Positions 62,920 through 64,000 of a DNA stretch of 64,000 nt are shown here, one piece after another (position 1 is the stretch's first letter; every line of letters begins with the position of its first letter). The translations under genes and the position numbers were made by a program. A model generated the notes under the pieces. That model saw only the letters and a list, made by a program, of their open reading frames with translations. It did no database searches and was not told the DNA's origin. This DNA is from a virus. The stretch spans positions 13,688 to 77,687 of IMG/VR virus record IMGVR_UViG_3300015263_000597; one strand, 5' to 3'.

Positions 62920-63968
62920 TACCTCCGTGGCCAGAGCGGAATCCGTGTTACATATACCCAGGGGAGCAAGTGCGCGAGCTGCCTCTGTCTTTGTGGGAAG
63001 AAGTACGCGACCTAGTAGGCAGCGGCGACGCGATGAGCTACCGCGCAGATAAATGCCAAGAAAGAAAGAAAGCGAGGGAACTGATTGATAGTTTGCGCTC
63101 GTTGCATGAGGAAATTAGACCAGTAGCTGATGGACCGCTGGCCTATCGACTAGATGCTGTCCTCGGTGATCAGTGCCAAATGACGCCAGACCTGCTCGAT
63201 GTCGATCACATCGGCGGGCTGCCTGATCTCAGGAACGGAGAAGGCTCTATTCACCCTTGGCCAGTATGTTCTCATTGTCACGACAAACAAGCGTTCTTAG
63301 GTCAGTTCACGATTGGACACTACGCACAGGCATTACATGAAACGACATGGCGGGAATACCCAGGCGTAGAGCGCATAGTCAGTGCCTTTGGCTACATATC
63401 AGATAAGAACGATCCTTATACGCCACTGTGGCGGTCATCAAAGTGGCAAGCACTAGTGTTCTTCTGCGCTAATGGGTGCGCTCTATATAACCCATTTACG
63501 GCAGTTACTGTGCTCGGTAACTACAGAAGCGACTCTCCAACAGACAAGCAGTTAGGTGCGGCTGAAGGACTGAAAGCAATTTCTGGCATTGCGCCCAACA
63601 TAAGTCAGATGGACTCTCGGGCAGATGTTGCTTGCCGCACTGTAGACAAGTATGTAGCAGGTTGGGATGTTACTCTGCGAGAGGGCTTTGACAACTACGC
63701 TACGTGGGAACGCTACAGACACACGAGCGTGTCATTCTTTGGTGAGGGAAGATCACGGCAAGAACCGTGCGCTTTTTGGGACTGCTACGGCTTGTGGCCA
63801 GATTGGGAGCCTGTCCACCCTGTCCGCATGACTCCCTTTGTATCGTGGGACTGTGATGCTGTTACTACAGATCGCAAGGACGATTTCAGTTATCAAGTGT
63901 ACGCACGTTTGCGTAACGATCAGATTTACAGCAGTGTGCTAGCGGCGATTGATGGAAGCTGTACCTAA
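62916..63968 (+). CDS. Hypothetical protein
   Basis: 350-aa ORF; HIGG.P....WPVCSHC...FLGQF segment. Confidence 0.7.
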   Translation: MIPPWPERNPCYIYPGEQVRELPLSLWEEVRDLVGSGDAMSYRADKCQERKKARELIDSLRSLHEEIRPVADGPLAYRLDAVLGDQCQMTPDLLDVDHIGGLPDLRNGEGSIHPWPVCSHCHDKQAFLGQFTIGHYAQALHETTWREYPGVERIVSAFGYISDKNDPYTPLWRSSKWQALVFFCANGCALYNPFTAVTVLGNYRSDSPTDKQLGAAEGLKAISGIAPNISQMDSRADVACRTVDKYVAGWDVTLREGFDNYATWERYRHTSVSFFGEGRSRQEPCAFWDCYGLWPDWEPVHPVRMTPFVSWDCDAVTTDRKDDFSYQVYARLRNDQIYSSVLAAIDGSCT

Positions 63969-64000
63969 GTAAAGGATACACGAAATGATAAAAACTCTGT

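Overview
Window from a tailed dsDNA phage (siphovirus-like, long tape measure). About 1-33.9 kb and 60-64 kb hold dense small accessory/early genes: MazG-like, DenV-like glycosylase, class-3 lipase plus DUF5675, HNH, deaminase, DUF4942-methyltransferase and HTH/RHH regulators. About 34-59.8 kb is a virion module: TerL, portal, scaffold, P22-like capsid, neck, tail tube, frameshifted chaperones, tape measure and tail tip. I recognised no polymerase, primase/helicase or integrase. The most unusual content is non-coding. (1) A phage sigma54 regulon: seven -24/-12 promoters, six of them served by five copies of a conserved triple-palindrome enhancer array, with no activator recognisable in the window. 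(2) A ~115-nt RNA with its own promoter and terminator that folds into two tRNA elbows sharing one anticodon-stem helix and has no anticodon. (3) Two type II hammerhead ribozymes placed between cistrons of early operons. (4) Several promoter-driven multi-hairpin RNAs and a tRNA-Ile2(CAT)-like gene. A C-terminal 'F.DDFDSG...WS' motif and a host-like secreted gene hint at a Thermoanaerobaculia-like (Acidobacteriota) host; this is inference only. All family assignments are by eye, with no database search.
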